Below, piece after piece: positions 1 through 11,215 of a stretch of DNA of 64,000 bases (position 1 is its first letter; every line of letters begins with the position of its first letter). The DNA is taken from IMG/VR virus record IMGVR_UViG_3300032030_002018; one strand, written 5' to 3'. The notes under the pieces are model-generated. The model ran no database searches, was not told the DNA's origin, and saw only the letters and a program-made list of their open reading frames with translations. The DNA comes from a virus (taxonomy: Duplodnaviria; Caudoviricetes). A program made the translations under genes and the position numbers.

Positions 1-1
1 A

Positions 2-229
2 TCATCACTTAAGAAATTTGTAAAGGACGTTATATCATACACAAATTCATTCTATAAGGAACTTCATAAAAAAGGCGATGATTATATAGGTATGAGAAGT
101 GATGTAGAATCATTTCTAAGCGATATGCAAAGAAATCTTTATCTTGTGAATTTCACATTGAAAGAATCAAAAGTAAATCGAATAGTCTCACAAGTTATCA
201 AAGAAGAAACAAATAGGATTTTGCATTAA
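2..229 (+). CDS. Partial CDS (5' end outside window); helical, possibly ferritin/Dps-like protein with C-terminal tag-like motif
   Basis: Open frame from base 2 to TAA 227-229: SSLKKFVKDV...YLVNFTLKESKVNRIVSQVIKEETNRILH; followed by a terminator hairpin. Confidence 0.6.
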   Translation, partial: SSLKKFVKDVISYTNSFYKELHKKGDDYIGMRSDVESFLSDMQRNLYLVNFTLKESKVNRIVSQVIKEETNRILH

Positions 230-289
230 TATGATACTCACACAAACTTTATGGTGAGGTGGTAATAACCTCTTATTTTCATTTTAAAA

Positions 290-321
290 AAATGAGCAGT
301 CAGTATAATGGCTGCTCATTT
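290..321. terminator. Bidirectional intrinsic terminator, ATGAGCAG hairpin family
   Basis: aaatgagcagtc-N8-ggctgctcattt between convergent genes. Confidence 0.75.
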
Positions 322-987
322 GAAATTATTATCAATATATCTACTTAAATCATTGCAATTCAATTCTATAAGAACATCTGTAAATGCAATATTATTCCAT
401 TTGTCAGATAAAAGTATATTGTTTCTATTGTCAATATACCATATTTCCTTGAAATAGCAGCTTAAGACACCAATATCAGGTATCATTTGACTATCTCCAC
501 TTATGAACAATATCCTGTTATTATTCAATGTTTTATTAATAAGTCGTGAACTTTTATGAGGATATTTATAAAGTCTATGATAACCAGTTATGTTACTATA
601 ATTATCATTGCTTGATGTTATATCATTAAACGACAAATCTTTAAGTTCTTCTTTATCATTAAAACAAGAAATATTGTACTTATATTCTGTTTTTGGGATT
701 AATACAGGTATTTCAAATCCATCTATTATCCTGGTAGATTTAATGAAATCATTCTCATTATATCCAAAATTCAACAAACTATCAAATAAAGGCAACGAGT
801 ACTTCATATGGTACTCATTTCTGAAATGATTATGGTTCAATTTATACCCATCATACATCATACCTTTTTCAGGTAATGGTAATTTGTTAATCCCTTCAAT
901 CCCATATTCCTTATATACATTATAATTTAGAGGGTATTGAACATATACAGCCTTATTTAAAAGTTCATCTTTTGTCATAATTCCCAA
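316..987 (-). CDS. Hypothetical protein, weak resemblance to SGNH/AlgJ-like domain
   Basis: 223-aa ORF; ILFISGDSQM...FKEIWYIDNR resembles the GDS block of SGNH-type proteins. Confidence 0.5.
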   Translation of the reverse strand: MGIMTKDELLNKAVYVQYPLNYNVYKEYGIEGINKLPLPEKGMMYDGYKLNHNHFRNEYHMKYSLPLFDSLLNFGYNENDFIKSTRIIDGFEIPVLIPKTEYKYNISCFNDKEELKDLSFNDITSSNDNYSNITGYHRLYKYPHKSSRLINKTLNNNRILFISGDSQMIPDIGVLSCYFKEIWYIDNRNNILLSDKWNNIAFTDVLIELNCNDLSRYIDNNFK

Positions 988-1274
988 CCGTTATAACCTG
1001 TCTGTTTCTTTCCTTTATACGCAGCGTCGTAATCCTTTTTAGCAATATCGTACTTTGAATGTGCATCGTTATACTCAGCCTCATCTTCTTTGCTCCAAGT
1101 ACTGTAGTGCCTTCCACCTATGTTCTTATCTGCGTCATCCCTTCTTTTCCTTGCCTTTATAAATTTGTCCATAGGTGTGTTTGCATTTATTGTTTCACCT
1201 TCATACAATGAGCGCAATGCGTTCTCAACCATACGAATTATATGTCCTTCAGTTAATCTTATTCTTCTTTTCAT
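975..1274 (-). CDS. Tag-family small protein (MKRRIRLTEG...)
   Basis: N-terminal MKRRIRLTEGHIIRMVENALRSLYE plus unique cargo. Confidence 0.75.
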   Translation of the reverse strand: MKRRIRLTEGHIIRMVENALRSLYEGETINANTPMDKFIKARKRRDDADKNIGGRHYSTWSKEDEAEYNDAHSKYDIAKKDYDAAYKGKKQTGYNGWEL

Positions 1275-1280
1275 AATATT

Positions 1281-2765
1281 CTAAGCATATTTATTATTTA
1301 AATCGCCAATTATTTTGAAATGCAGCATATCGTGATGTATTATGCTTTGCATACCGTAGTTTATCTTAACATCAACATAATATTTCTGTGGTAACAACAT
1401 ATTTGTGTCAAGAACTGTGAATGTCTCATTCATCGTCTTGTTCATCCTGTCAAAAGGTATTACATCAAGTTCCCTTGTGCCATCTCTGACATACAGCCTC
1501 AATTCTATTGAATCAACAGAAGCAGCCATTGTTTTTGTGTAGTTAACCCTTGTTATAACACCAAGTTTCCTTATATCACCCCTCTTTATTTCCTCGTCAC
1601 TCTTTATTCCGAAAACAGAAGGTGTGAAATCAGGTTCATCCTCAATTGAATTTCCTATGTTGAAATATACAGAAGGTCTCTTCACGGTGAAATCAAGTTC
1701 AACGTCGTCAAGTTTAACCCCACCATATGATATGTTTCCCCAAGTATCAAACAACATAGTATCTGGTTCAAACTCTCCGTGAGGTAGTGTTATGTCTATA
1801 TAATACACACCTCTTGACTGATGTTTAACATCGTACTCTCTCTTAAAACCATAATCATTCCTTACTATACAAGTAGGAACATTGTCCAAATCAGTCAGTT
1901 TATCACCAATTGTACTATATAAGTATAATTTATTATTTTTATCCAATACAAAATTAGACCTGTCATCACTTATATAATCATCATAATATGTTTCTACAAA
2001 CGGTGCGAAGAATGTATTTGTTTTATCAGTAAGAAAACCACAATAATTCTCTATATATGACTCTTTATCGGTTTTATCATACTTAACCCTCTCAAATTGA
2101 GGGGAATATGCTATTCCAATACCATAATTTTCAAGTTCCCCTGTAATAAACTTATTAACGACATTTGTTATATCTAAATTAATATTCTCATTTCCAATAT
2201 CAAAATGCTGTCTTCCAATTATTACAACGCTTCCTTCTTCTGACGAGAAATTATCATATTCCCTTGACAAAGTGTCATTTGAATATATTCCTGGTTCATC
2301 CCAATCATAGCCATTACGCGCCTTATACCAGTTACTTCCGTCTGTTGATACAAGTCTTGAAGCATAATGTTTGCTCTTTGTATCATAGAAATCACGGTTA
2401 AAGGCTGTTCTGGAATAATCAAATCCCTTACCTCTATCCCAAAACTTTGGTATAAGGAAAAATATTATGTCGAATGACGTTGCTCTTCTTTTACGATTTG
2501 AGCCTATGCTACTGAATTCATTACAGTGAAGCTCTGTGAAATCTATTGAACCGGCATTTGTTATCCTCAATGTGTGATGAAGTTTTGACATATCAGGGAA
2601 TATATTGCTATCAACCATTTCCTTTAATTTTGAATGGTCGAAATAGCATATAATCCTAGACACGTTAGCACCGTACACCAACTCAGCTACTGGGTTGATG
2701 CCGGTGTTTAAACTTGAATCCTCAATCAAGGTATTGAACTTATTTATGTATGTTCTATAAATCAT
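1281..2765 (-). CDS. Putative virion structural protein
   Basis: 494-aa beta-rich ORF at the end of the tail-fibre operon; no catalytic motif recognised. Confidence 0.55.
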   Translation of the reverse strand: MIYRTYINKFNTLIEDSSLNTGINPVAELVYGANVSRIICYFDHSKLKEMVDSNIFPDMSKLHHTLRITNAGSIDFTELHCNEFSSIGSNRKRRATSFDIIFFLIPKFWDRGKGFDYSRTAFNRDFYDTKSKHYASRLVSTDGSNWYKARNGYDWDEPGIYSNDTLSREYDNFSSEEGSVVIIGRQHFDIGNENINLDITNVVNKFITGELENYGIGIAYSPQFERVKYDKTDKESYIENYCGFLTDKTNTFFAPFVETYYDDYISDDRSNFVLDKNNKLYLYSTIGDKLTDLDNVPTCIVRNDYGFKREYDVKHQSRGVYYIDITLPHGEFEPDTMLFDTWGNISYGGVKLDDVELDFTVKRPSVYFNIGNSIEDEPDFTPSVFGIKSDEEIKRGDIRKLGVITRVNYTKTMAASVDSIELRLYVRDGTRELDVIPFDRMNKTMNETFTVLDTNMLLPQKYYVDVKINYGMQSIIHHDMLHFKIIGDLNNKYA

Positions 2766-3094
2766 TTGTTCTCAAAACTTGCTTCTAATTCACGGTATTC
2801 ATTTCTCAATGCTCTTCTCTCTCCTTGCCAGTCACCATATTGTGTCATATCCTCGCCATCAATGTATTTTGATGTGAGATAATCCATTTGCTTTAATTCA
2901 TCCTCTATTTCTGACATCCTCTGTCTGATTAAGTCTTCTTCAGTTTCAACATAAGCCTCAGGTTCTGATTCCTTAATCCAACCATTCTCAATAAGCATTT
3001 CATCTGAAGGATTGATGACCTGTGTGTTTCCAACGATTATATAACCATTATACAACACCTTTTCATTGTTAATTATCTTATAGAAATTTTTCAT
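2762..3094 (-). CDS. Putative tail-fibre assembly chaperone
   Basis: 110 aa, directly after fibre genes; ELKQMDYLTSK...W...RRALR pattern typical of fibre chaperones. Confidence 0.55.
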   Translation of the reverse strand: MKNFYKIINNEKVLYNGYIIVGNTQVINPSDEMLIENGWIKESEPEAYVETEEDLIRQRMSEIEDELKQMDYLTSKYIDGEDMTQYGDWQGERRALRNEYRELEASFENK

Positions 3095-3112
3095 TTGAAA
3101 AAATATTTTTTA

Positions 3113-5455
3113 TTAATTATAAACAAAATTCCAATTTATTGTCAATATTGTGGCGTTTGAAGGTGCAGCACTTGTACCGTCAACGTTAAACCATCCAATC
3201 TTGATATATGGTGCTTCTTTCCACATAGCGTTTGTAATCTCAAATGTGTCAGTTGATGATACGTGTATTGTCTTGTTATATTTTCTTACACCACTGTCAT
3301 TACATAAATATAAGCAACATTCATAAGTTGACGATGGGTTATTGAATGTTATTGTTCCTGGAGATAACAGCAACAATGGAAGTGAAGTTGTAACTAACCC
3401 AGAACTACTTGCTCCGTGACACTTATTTTGTTGAACGTCGTGTCCAGCCCAATAAACGCCTCCGTTACCCCACATTGGTAAATTCTGATATGTTATAGTG
3501 TCACCAGCGTGAACACCGCTTGCATACCTAAATGTGCCTCCGTTTTCAGGAACGAAAAACCTCTTCCTTACCTCATCGTATAATCCTGGTGTTGAATCTG
3601 ATTTCCTTATTACTGGATATATTCTAGATACATATATGTTTTCTTTTTTAGGTATTGACTTGTTTATACCGTAAAACTCCAGTTCATATATGTGAAATGT
3701 TGTGTTCGCATTAGAGTTTCCAATATATCTGTTACACAGGATTCTAAACTTATAATCACTATCGTGATAAGCGTCATTATTGGTAGATGTACGCTCGGTT
3801 ACATTGTATGTATATAACAATTGAGTTGCGCTGTTAACACTTATACTAATTCTTTCGTCTGCATAACTGTTTTTAGCGTCGGCTGTCTTACCGCTAAACC
3901 ATCTAATAGTATGTGTTCCTGCTGTGTTACCACTATAAGAAACAAGATAATGTCTGTCACTATCAGCATATGCCGCAATTAACGCATTTTGTCCATTAAC
4001 ACCATAATTATACTCGTTTGAGTAATATATGCTGTATCCACCGATTTCACCGATTGTAATATCAAGGTCAACAGGTCTTTCCTCACGCATAGTGTAAACA
4101 CAAGTAACCCTCTCATATTCTTTCTGCCAATCATATGGTTCTTCCATTATTAGGTCTCGTCTGTAATAAGGTGGAACAAGAAGATTCTTGTATTCGTGAT
4201 ACTTTCTGAAATTATTACCGTAAAACAATCTAAAATCAGACAATGTTCCCTTTGGAACGTACATTGTGTTACCACTTATATTACAAGTAATTGGAACTGG
4301 TTTATGGAAAATAACAGTGTCCAATGTCGAACCGTTAAATGCTCCGTTCTCTATTGTTGATATTGACATAGGTATTGTAACGGCCTTTCTATCTGGTAAT
4401 GAATTAGCTTTCAAAACATTCACAGAATCTGGCATCGTTAAAACAGTATTTGCAAAAATAAGTTCTGTTCCGTTTGAATTCAGCAACCCATTTTTATCTT
4501 CTGTTACAGTAAGTGACTGATGTCCTTCTGCGACCTCAAACTTTGAAGTGATTATCTTTGTCAGATGCGTATTTTGCCAAGTTGAACCTGAGTCTATTAC
4601 TATTTTTTCAACATTAGTACAATCTACTGATATATTAGTACACCCATTAAAAGCCGTAGAATTAACAACCGCGCCATTATCCAATGTTATTGAAGTCAAT
4701 GATGTACAATTGTTAAAACAATAGGCTGGTATTGTCAACCCTGTACAGTACTGTAATTCGTCAAGATGAGTTACAGAAGAGAATGGTGACACATCTCCGC
4801 TACTCAATGCCCTAAGGACAACATCGTCAGTGTACACCTCATCAACAGTTGAGTGAATCCACCCCTCGTTATGCGCCAACTCTATAAGTTCAGGGTTTGT
4901 TTCAGTATCAGCAAGGAACACACCAAATAGTTCTCCTCTTGTTATCGCCCAATCAATATAGTTATCGTCAGAAACTGCTAAATTAACCCTTACTGGGTTT
5001 ACAAATGTTGAGCCAGACTTAACAACACCACAATATTCTGTTCTTGATGTGTGCGTACTTATGTTAAGTTTGAAAGTATCATTCCCATTGTCAAGGATTG
5101 TGAATGTAGGGTTCGTTCTGTTTTTGTCGTCACTGTTCAATGCAGATGGAACAGAACCGTGTATCTTTGGTTTATCCCATACATTAAGTACATTATATCC
5201 CCTAAGTATAACCGTTTTCTCATCCCATACCCCACTCTTAATTACTTTCTCAAAGTATATGTCCATACCACTTTCCTGACAGCTGACATTGGTGTTATAT
5301 GTTAGATATATAACACCGTCAGCCCAGTATCGTTCAGCACCCATATTGTAAAGTTTGAACGGAGTGTTTATAGAATAACAAGAATCGTCTTTAAAGTTTA
5401 TCGGGATAATCGGTTTTTTATATATTTGACCTGGTATCTTATTTGACCTACTCAC
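3113..5455 (-). CDS. Tail-associated/receptor-binding protein with BspA-like LRRs and lectin-like C-terminal region
   Basis: TIPAYCFNNCTSLTSITL, STAFNGCTN, IENGAFNGSTL repeats; PVIRKSD..GLYDEV motif; GTG start. Confidence 0.6.
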   Translation of the reverse strand: MSRSNKIPGQIYKKPIIPINFKDDSCYSINTPFKLYNMGAERYWADGVIYLTYNTNVSCQESGMDIYFEKVIKSGVWDEKTVILRGYNVLNVWDKPKIHGSVPSALNSDDKNRTNPTFTILDNGNDTFKLNISTHTSRTEYCGVVKSGSTFVNPVRVNLAVSDDNYIDWAITRGELFGVFLADTETNPELIELAHNEGWIHSTVDEVYTDDVVLRALSSGDVSPFSSVTHLDELQYCTGLTIPAYCFNNCTSLTSITLDNGAVVNSTAFNGCTNISVDCTNVEKIVIDSGSTWQNTHLTKIITSKFEVAEGHQSLTVTEDKNGLLNSNGTELIFANTVLTMPDSVNVLKANSLPDRKAVTIPMSISTIENGAFNGSTLDTVIFHKPVPITCNISGNTMYVPKGTLSDFRLFYGNNFRKYHEYKNLLVPPYYRRDLIMEEPYDWQKEYERVTCVYTMREERPVDLDITIGEIGGYSIYYSNEYNYGVNGQNALIAAYADSDRHYLVSYSGNTAGTHTIRWFSGKTADAKNSYADERISISVNSATQLLYTYNVTERTSTNNDAYHDSDYKFRILCNRYIGNSNANTTFHIYELEFYGINKSIPKKENIYVSRIYPVIRKSDSTPGLYDEVRKRFFVPENGGTFRYASGVHAGDTITYQNLPMWGNGGVYWAGHDVQQNKCHGASSSGLVTTSLPLLLLSPGTITFNNPSSTYECCLYLCNDSGVRKYNKTIHVSSTDTFEITNAMWKEAPYIKIGWFNVDGTSAAPSNATILTINWNFVYN

Positions 5456-5475
5456 TTTTCAACTACTTTAATATA

Positions 5476-8232
5476 TTATTCATAACGTATCATAACACCA
5501 TAATAATTAGTGCTGCAACGCAATATACTTATCTCATATCTATCTCCAAGTACCAATTGTGGAATTTCCTTCCATTTAATAGTAACACCATTGAATGTTA
5601 TTGACATCGCATTGGCACCACAAGTGAAGAAACACCTGTATTCACCAATATCATAATCGCCAACAATCAGCGTGAAATCAGGATTAGTAACAGTACCACA
5701 CTCAACAATCTCCATTTCTGCAAGGGAAATTGAATTTCCTGTACTAACACGATACTTAACATTGAATGTTTCATCAAGATATTCAGCAATACTTAATGCT
5801 ACAAGCGTATAGTTTCCATTGCTTACCTGATATATAAAACATAAAGCCTCATCGCCAGTACCTTGGGTTATATCTGTATCAGGAGATTCGCCAGAAGCAT
5901 CAGCGTGTGTCAGATAATCATCAACGTGACCGGCATAAGCCCTTACAAGCGAAGCACCAGATGTTGCGAAATTACAGTCATTTGCGAAATCAGACAGTTT
6001 TGTTGGTTTGTCATTCAAATCATCAAATGACAAATTGTTGAAAGCGTTTGATACCGCAGCATTTGATATTGGGTTAGTTGAACCACTATCAAGAACTTGG
6101 TCAACAGGAACATCATTTGTCCAAACCCTTATGCCGCCATTTTTATAATAATAAACTGGATGATATATATCTAATTCAATATAAGTATTATTGTAAGTAG
6201 TAGCAGTTGAAGCAATACCAATTCCCAAATAAATATATATTTTTCCATCTTCTGTACTTGGCAATTGTTGAACGATAGGCGCGTCTACATCTATTATTGC
6301 ACTTCCATCAGGCTGTGGCGCACATTTCAAATATGTTGGTAATTTGACAGTTAAATTAGTTGCTAATGGACCAAATGAAAATCCTGGATTAAATGAATCT
6401 TGCCTCCATATTACTGTTGCTGGCAAATCACTTCCAGATGCAATAGAACTATTTGAGGTAGTATAAACAATAGTTCCAAAAGGATTGATTGGTCGTTGGT
6501 TTGGCGTTCTTGCAGTAGATATATTATTTGATGAATTTACGCTTGCTGGTATCCATTGTGTGTCGTCAGCACTACTAAAATATAATTTATAATATCGTGC
6601 AGTATCTGTAACTGTTCTTAATGTTTTATTTGTCCGTAACTCATAGCCTACTGTATCTGTATTTGAATTGTATCCGTAATAATATATCCAACAACCTCCA
6701 TCAACAAGAGTCGTACTATAAACAAACAAAATAGTGTAATTTATGTTAAATAATGTAGTTACCCTTGATGGGCTACTTCCGGTTCCCATACTTGAATATG
6801 CAGGTTTTGCTCCAAGACCGTTAATGTCTATTGTAAACCCTGTTGTAGACGTAACCTTTCCATTCCTCAGTAATACACAAACACCGTCTTCAAGTCTGTC
6901 AATTCCAGGAACAGTTGCTGTAAAAGCAGTTGCAGTTGAAGATGTATCAACCTGTCCGTATGGTATACCTATTGTACTTATGTTATTACCACTTATAGCG
7001 ATACCAGTACTTGCTGATAATTCATCCTGTTTTGCATTCCAAGCACTTCTTTCACTACTTGTTACGTGTACAGAAGAATCTTCTGTATGAGCAGACAAAT
7101 CATCCGTAACCTCTATTACTCTTGCATCCAAATCAACCAATGCAGAAGCAACAATCTCCTCATTCTCCTCAATAGCAATTGTAATAGCAGAGTTTGCAAC
7201 AGCATTTGGAGAATCAGGGTCAAGGTCAGGGTCAACAACAGCACTTGCTGTACAACTGATTACATTGTCAGTTATATCTATACCTGTACCAGCAGACAAT
7301 TCATCCTGTTTTCCATTCCAAACTGTTTTTTCAGCAGATGTTACGTGTACAGAGGTATCTTCTGTATGAGCAGACAAATCATCGTTAACCCCTATCACTC
7401 TTGAATCCAAATCTGACAATGCAGAAGCGATTGCCTTTTCATCGTCGAAAATCGCCTTTGTAATAGCAGAGTTTGCAACAGCATTTGGAGAATCAGGGTC
7501 AAGGTCAGGGTCAACAACAGCACTTGCTGTACAACTGATTACATTGTCAGTTATATCTATACCTGTGCCTGCCGTTAATTCATCCTGTTTTGCATTCCAC
7601 GCACTCTTTTCGCTGCTTGTCACGTGTACTGTCGTATTTGACGTATGTGCAGACAAATCATCCGTAACCTCTATTACTCTTGAATCCAAATCTGACAATG
7701 AAGAAGCAACAATCTCCTCATTTTCTACTATTATTTCAGATACAATACTCAAAGCACTTGCAACAGAAGAAGCACCGCTTAATAATCTATCACCTGATAA
7801 TGGCTTGTATGTACCGTCAGAATTCAAGTCAACTGACTCAATTATATTATCAACCTTTCCGCTTAATGGTTCAATGTCTTGAGAACCCTCATCCCATCTC
7901 TCCTTATCTTCAGCTGTAACGTGAATGTCTGCGTCAGAAATATGCGTATCAACTTCTCCGCTTAATTCATCAATGTCGCTGTTAAGTTTATTCAATGCAG
8001 CAGCGACAATTTGCTCATTTTCTGTGACTATATTTTCCCAATACTTGTCATTTGAAAATGTAATAATCTCATCATTATTGTTCCTTATTGCCATAGTCTC
8101 ATATCCTTTTGCAAAATTTACAGCAATCTCACCATACTCAATTTGTTCACTGGTTGGTAATTTTGGAGAAGTAGTTCCCCCAGTTGTATTTACAGCACTA
8201 CTCCTGATGTTAAGTAATTTCTTCCTAGCCAT
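5476..8232 (-). CDS. Long tail-fibre protein
   Basis: N-terminus (RSS...P..EQIEYGEIAVN) resembles T4-type long-fibre N-termini; internal 93-aa repeats (HVTSxEKxxWNxKQDxLxAGTGIDI). Confidence 0.75.
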   Translation of the reverse strand: MARKKLLNIRSSAVNTTGGTTSPKLPTSEQIEYGEIAVNFAKGYETMAIRNNNDEIITFSNDKYWENIVTENEQIVAAALNKLNSDIDELSGEVDTHISDADIHVTAEDKERWDEGSQDIEPLSGKVDNIIESVDLNSDGTYKPLSGDRLLSGASSVASALSIVSEIIVENEEIVASSLSDLDSRVIEVTDDLSAHTSNTTVHVTSSEKSAWNAKQDELTAGTGIDITDNVISCTASAVVDPDLDPDSPNAVANSAITKAIFDDEKAIASALSDLDSRVIGVNDDLSAHTEDTSVHVTSAEKTVWNGKQDELSAGTGIDITDNVISCTASAVVDPDLDPDSPNAVANSAITIAIEENEEIVASALVDLDARVIEVTDDLSAHTEDSSVHVTSSERSAWNAKQDELSASTGIAISGNNISTIGIPYGQVDTSSTATAFTATVPGIDRLEDGVCVLLRNGKVTSTTGFTIDINGLGAKPAYSSMGTGSSPSRVTTLFNINYTILFVYSTTLVDGGCWIYYYGYNSNTDTVGYELRTNKTLRTVTDTARYYKLYFSSADDTQWIPASVNSSNNISTARTPNQRPINPFGTIVYTTSNSSIASGSDLPATVIWRQDSFNPGFSFGPLATNLTVKLPTYLKCAPQPDGSAIIDVDAPIVQQLPSTEDGKIYIYLGIGIASTATTYNNTYIELDIYHPVYYYKNGGIRVWTNDVPVDQVLDSGSTNPISNAAVSNAFNNLSFDDLNDKPTKLSDFANDCNFATSGASLVRAYAGHVDDYLTHADASGESPDTDITQGTGDEALCFIYQVSNGNYTLVALSIAEYLDETFNVKYRVSTGNSISLAEMEIVECGTVTNPDFTLIVGDYDIGEYRCFFTCGANAMSITFNGVTIKWKEIPQLVLGDRYEISILRCSTNYYGVMIRYE
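7015..7720. repeat. 279-bp-period tandem repeat in the fibre gene (~2.5 copies)
   Basis: 7179-7287 and 7458-7566 are identical over 109 bp. Confidence 0.9.
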
Positions 8233-8371
8233 TATCTAATGATTTTTTTAATTTAAAATAGTTATTTAACTTTTTTTCAAAAATAATGAAACATATAACA
8301 AATAAATTGCGATATATTTCTCAAAAATAAATAGTATGTAATACAGAAAAATAGCATAAATAGCACAAAAA

Positions 8372-8397
8372 AATGGGTTGATTTTTTTCAACCCATT
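8372..8397 (-). terminator. Intrinsic terminator
   Basis: aatgggttga-T7-tcaacccatt with an adjacent A tract, downstream of 8427..11129. Confidence 0.7.
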
Positions 8398-8426
8398 CTT
8401 CATTATATTAATTGTTTGGAAATCAA

Positions 8427-11129
8427 TTATTCATAGAAGCCACAATCCCAAGTGCTATCCAAATAAAGACCACCGTTTTCACCAGTTGTAATCTGCAATG
8501 CATTACCAGTGGCACTTGCGTATTGAGCAGTAGTTTCTGTTGTATTTGTAACTGTGTCAAGTTTCAACGCAACAGTAATTGTCTTACCAGATGTTTCGTT
8601 GCCTGCACTAGTTTCAACAGTAACACCATTGTTGCCTGTTACACCACTACCAACATAAGTATTGGAAACAGCACTCAACTGAGTATCAAGAGCAACAATC
8701 TCACCCTCAATTGTTGCAGCACCAGAAGTGTAGTGTCCTGTAGATGATGCGTGAGTACCATCAGCGTTCAAACCAACAGCAGTCTCAATAGCGTCTACCT
8801 CTGCTTGTAAACCAGAAGATGCAGCGTCAACCTTATATTCCAACTTACCAATAGCTGAATTAACAGTATCGTCACTTGTAACAGCAGATGAACCACTAGC
8901 CTTCACATAATCGTCAAGATAAATTTGTCCACCATCAGTGTCAATGTTTATCTGAAGTGTACCATCAGCATTAGCAGCAGTTGAGGCACTACCGCCAGTC
9001 ATTGCAACGGTAGTCACAGCCTTACCACTCAAGCCGTACAAAGCAGCGTCAAGTTTATCAACTGAATCAGTTACACTTGTAGCAGCACTTACATAATGGT
9101 CATTTGTATTAGCTGAATAACCACCGTCAGCCTTCAAACCAACACCAGCCTCAATCTTGTCATCCTGTGCTGTTCTTGCTGTTTCTTCAGCCTTCAATGC
9201 TGCATCAAGTTTAACATCAGCATCATTCAAAGATGTGGCACCAGTTATGTAGTTAGAACCAGTATTTGCGGAATATTCATCACCGTTTATTCCATCAACA
9301 GCCTTGCGTGCAGCAATCTCTGCTGTCAATGCGCTTGCAGAAGCAAGGTCACTTGTAGTAACAGTAACAGCAGTTACCTTACCATCAGTCTCAACAACCT
9401 TAACTGTAACGTGTTCGTCTGCTGACTGACCACTTACATCTGCGTCAAGGGTTGAAACCTTATAATCAATTGCATTCTGAATGTTAGATACCTTAACACC
9501 ATTTGCACTTACAGAAAGAACAGCACCAGACGCACTGTCGCCAGTTACAACACTTTCAGATGCAGAATCAACCTTTACTGAAACCTCACCATTGTTAACC
9601 TGTAAACCATCCTTGAATTCGCTCTCTCTCAAGAAGTCACCAAGTGGAATCTCAACAATCATATATTGACCTTGGTTGTTCAGGTATTCAAGAATCAATA
9701 CATCCTGACCTGAGCCATCAGTAATTTCACCAGTTGAAGAATCAACGGTAGCACCACTATGACCAAGTTGACCAGTTACAAATGCGCTGTCCTTTGGAAT
9801 TGTGATAACATCACTTCCAGTGATTGCGTTACCACTTACATCAGTCAAAGTGTAAGTTTCCTTTGTAGTGCCAGTACCTGCGGACTGAACAAGTTTAAGA
9901 CCAGTTGAAAGAACACCAGTTGAACCGTCTTTAACAACGGTAAGACCGTCAATATTTACATCAATATTAGTACCGGTAGCAGCAGTTGTAACAGTAATTG
10001 TTTTAGCTGAAGATGATATTTCGTTAGCCTCAACCTTTGATGCAATTTCCTCTAATGCGGCTTGTACTGTTGTGCCTGTAAATTGAGTACCGGCAGTTAC
10101 GGTTGTAACGTGTGCAGCAGCGATATCGCCAGCAGTAGCACTAACCTTACCATCTTCTTCACTTACTGCTATAATAGCCTGACCTTCACCTGACACAACT
10201 GGCAAATCCATTGCGTTAATCTGACCTTGCAATTTGCCGAGTGCTTCACCAAGTGTATCAGTAGCAGCAACATCTGCATCAGAACCGACTGTATAACCAC
10301 CAATCTTAACAGAAGTGATTGCTGTACTTGTAGCTGTTATAGTACCGTCAGTTTGAACAACATCAATAACAACGTTATTCTCACCACTTACAGAAGGAGC
10401 ATCCATACCGATAATAGCATCATCTAACTTCTTGAATGCACCGTGAATTGTGTCAGTACTTGCAAGAATATTACCAGTACCTGCTGTATAGTCAACAATC
10501 TGTGCGGAGTCAACATTTGCGACTGTTGTTTGAGAACCAGTCTCACCTGTGCCAACTAATTTACCATCCTTCAACTCGATACCAGTGAAATATTGGTTAG
10601 CACCTGCTGTAACATTGCTGTCGAGAGCTGCCATCTTATCATCAATGGCTTTCTCCAACTTTGCGAATGCATCAGCGATAGTGTCGCCAGTTGCAAGAAC
10701 GCCTGTGCCTGAAGTAGTCTTTGAATAATTTGCAAGGGTACCAAGGTCAACACTTGTAATAGAAACGTCAGTCAATTTACCATCTGTTTCTACAACCTGA
10801 ACAGTAACACCATTAGTTGTAGCACTTACGGTAGCATCAAGAGCTTTGATTGCATCTTCAATTCCGTTAATGTTATCAAATACAGTAACCTTCGTTACAT
10901 TACCTTCAGTATGACCGATACCTAATACAGAATAAATCTTACCATCTGTTGCGTAAGTATCACCTTTATACCTTGCCACAATTGGCATACCATCCTTCAA
11001 CACATTAGGGTCAATGTCTGTGCCAGTTAATTTAGCAATTGCAGCGGCTTTATCTGCAAATAAACCAGTTGTTGTAGCCTGATTTCTAAAAAACTGAATA
11101 AATTTACGATTTGCGTTTTCGTTTGCCAT
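8427..11129 (-). CDS. Tail-fibre/fibrous virion protein (Thr/Ala/Gly/Asp-rich)
   Basis: 900 aa; repeated DTxxxAxxKL and VxExDGKxT motifs; ends DCGFYE. Confidence 0.7.
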   Translation of the reverse strand: MANENANRKFIQFFRNQATTTGLFADKAAAIAKLTGTDIDPNVLKDGMPIVARYKGDTYATDGKIYSVLGIGHTEGNVTKVTVFDNINGIEDAIKALDATVSATTNGVTVQVVETDGKLTDVSITSVDLGTLANYSKTTSGTGVLATGDTIADAFAKLEKAIDDKMAALDSNVTAGANQYFTGIELKDGKLVGTGETGSQTTVANVDSAQIVDYTAGTGNILASTDTIHGAFKKLDDAIIGMDAPSVSGENNVVIDVVQTDGTITATSTAITSVKIGGYTVGSDADVAATDTLGEALGKLQGQINAMDLPVVSGEGQAIIAVSEEDGKVSATAGDIAAAHVTTVTAGTQFTGTTVQAALEEIASKVEANEISSSAKTITVTTAATGTNIDVNIDGLTVVKDGSTGVLSTGLKLVQSAGTGTTKETYTLTDVSGNAITGSDVITIPKDSAFVTGQLGHSGATVDSSTGEITDGSGQDVLILEYLNNQGQYMIVEIPLGDFLRESEFKDGLQVNNGEVSVKVDSASESVVTGDSASGAVLSVSANGVKVSNIQNAIDYKVSTLDADVSGQSADEHVTVKVVETDGKVTAVTVTTSDLASASALTAEIAARKAVDGINGDEYSANTGSNYITGATSLNDADVKLDAALKAEETARTAQDDKIEAGVGLKADGGYSANTNDHYVSAATSVTDSVDKLDAALYGLSGKAVTTVAMTGGSASTAANADGTLQINIDTDGGQIYLDDYVKASGSSAVTSDDTVNSAIGKLEYKVDAASSGLQAEVDAIETAVGLNADGTHASSTGHYTSGAATIEGEIVALDTQLSAVSNTYVGSGVTGNNGVTVETSAGNETSGKTITVALKLDTVTNTTETTAQYASATGNALQITTGENGGLYLDSTWDCGFYE

Positions 11130-11174
11130 TTTTTCTAAAAATTATATATAATTTTATTTTAATATTTTTTTCAA

Positions 11175-11203
11175 TCTTGTTGGCTTGCTTGAAGCCAACA
11201 AGA
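11175..11203 (-). terminator. Intergenic hairpin
   Basis: tcttgttggctt-gcttg-aagccaacaaga, perfect 12-bp stem. Confidence 0.55.
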
Positions 11204-11215
11204 CATTATTATTTT

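Noticed and set aside
1272-1283. TAG read-through fusions (TAG AAT ATT ATG here; TAG AAT ATG at 56919-56927), both in frame with the next gene
   Set aside because: Only two cases, each with a 1-in-3 chance. The same tagaatatg occurs in a plain 5' UTR at 42865, so it is probably just initiation context.
3113-8232. Diversity-generating retroelement acting on fibre or LRR genes
   Set aside because: No reverse transcriptase, and the repeat pairs do not show adenine-specific mismatches.
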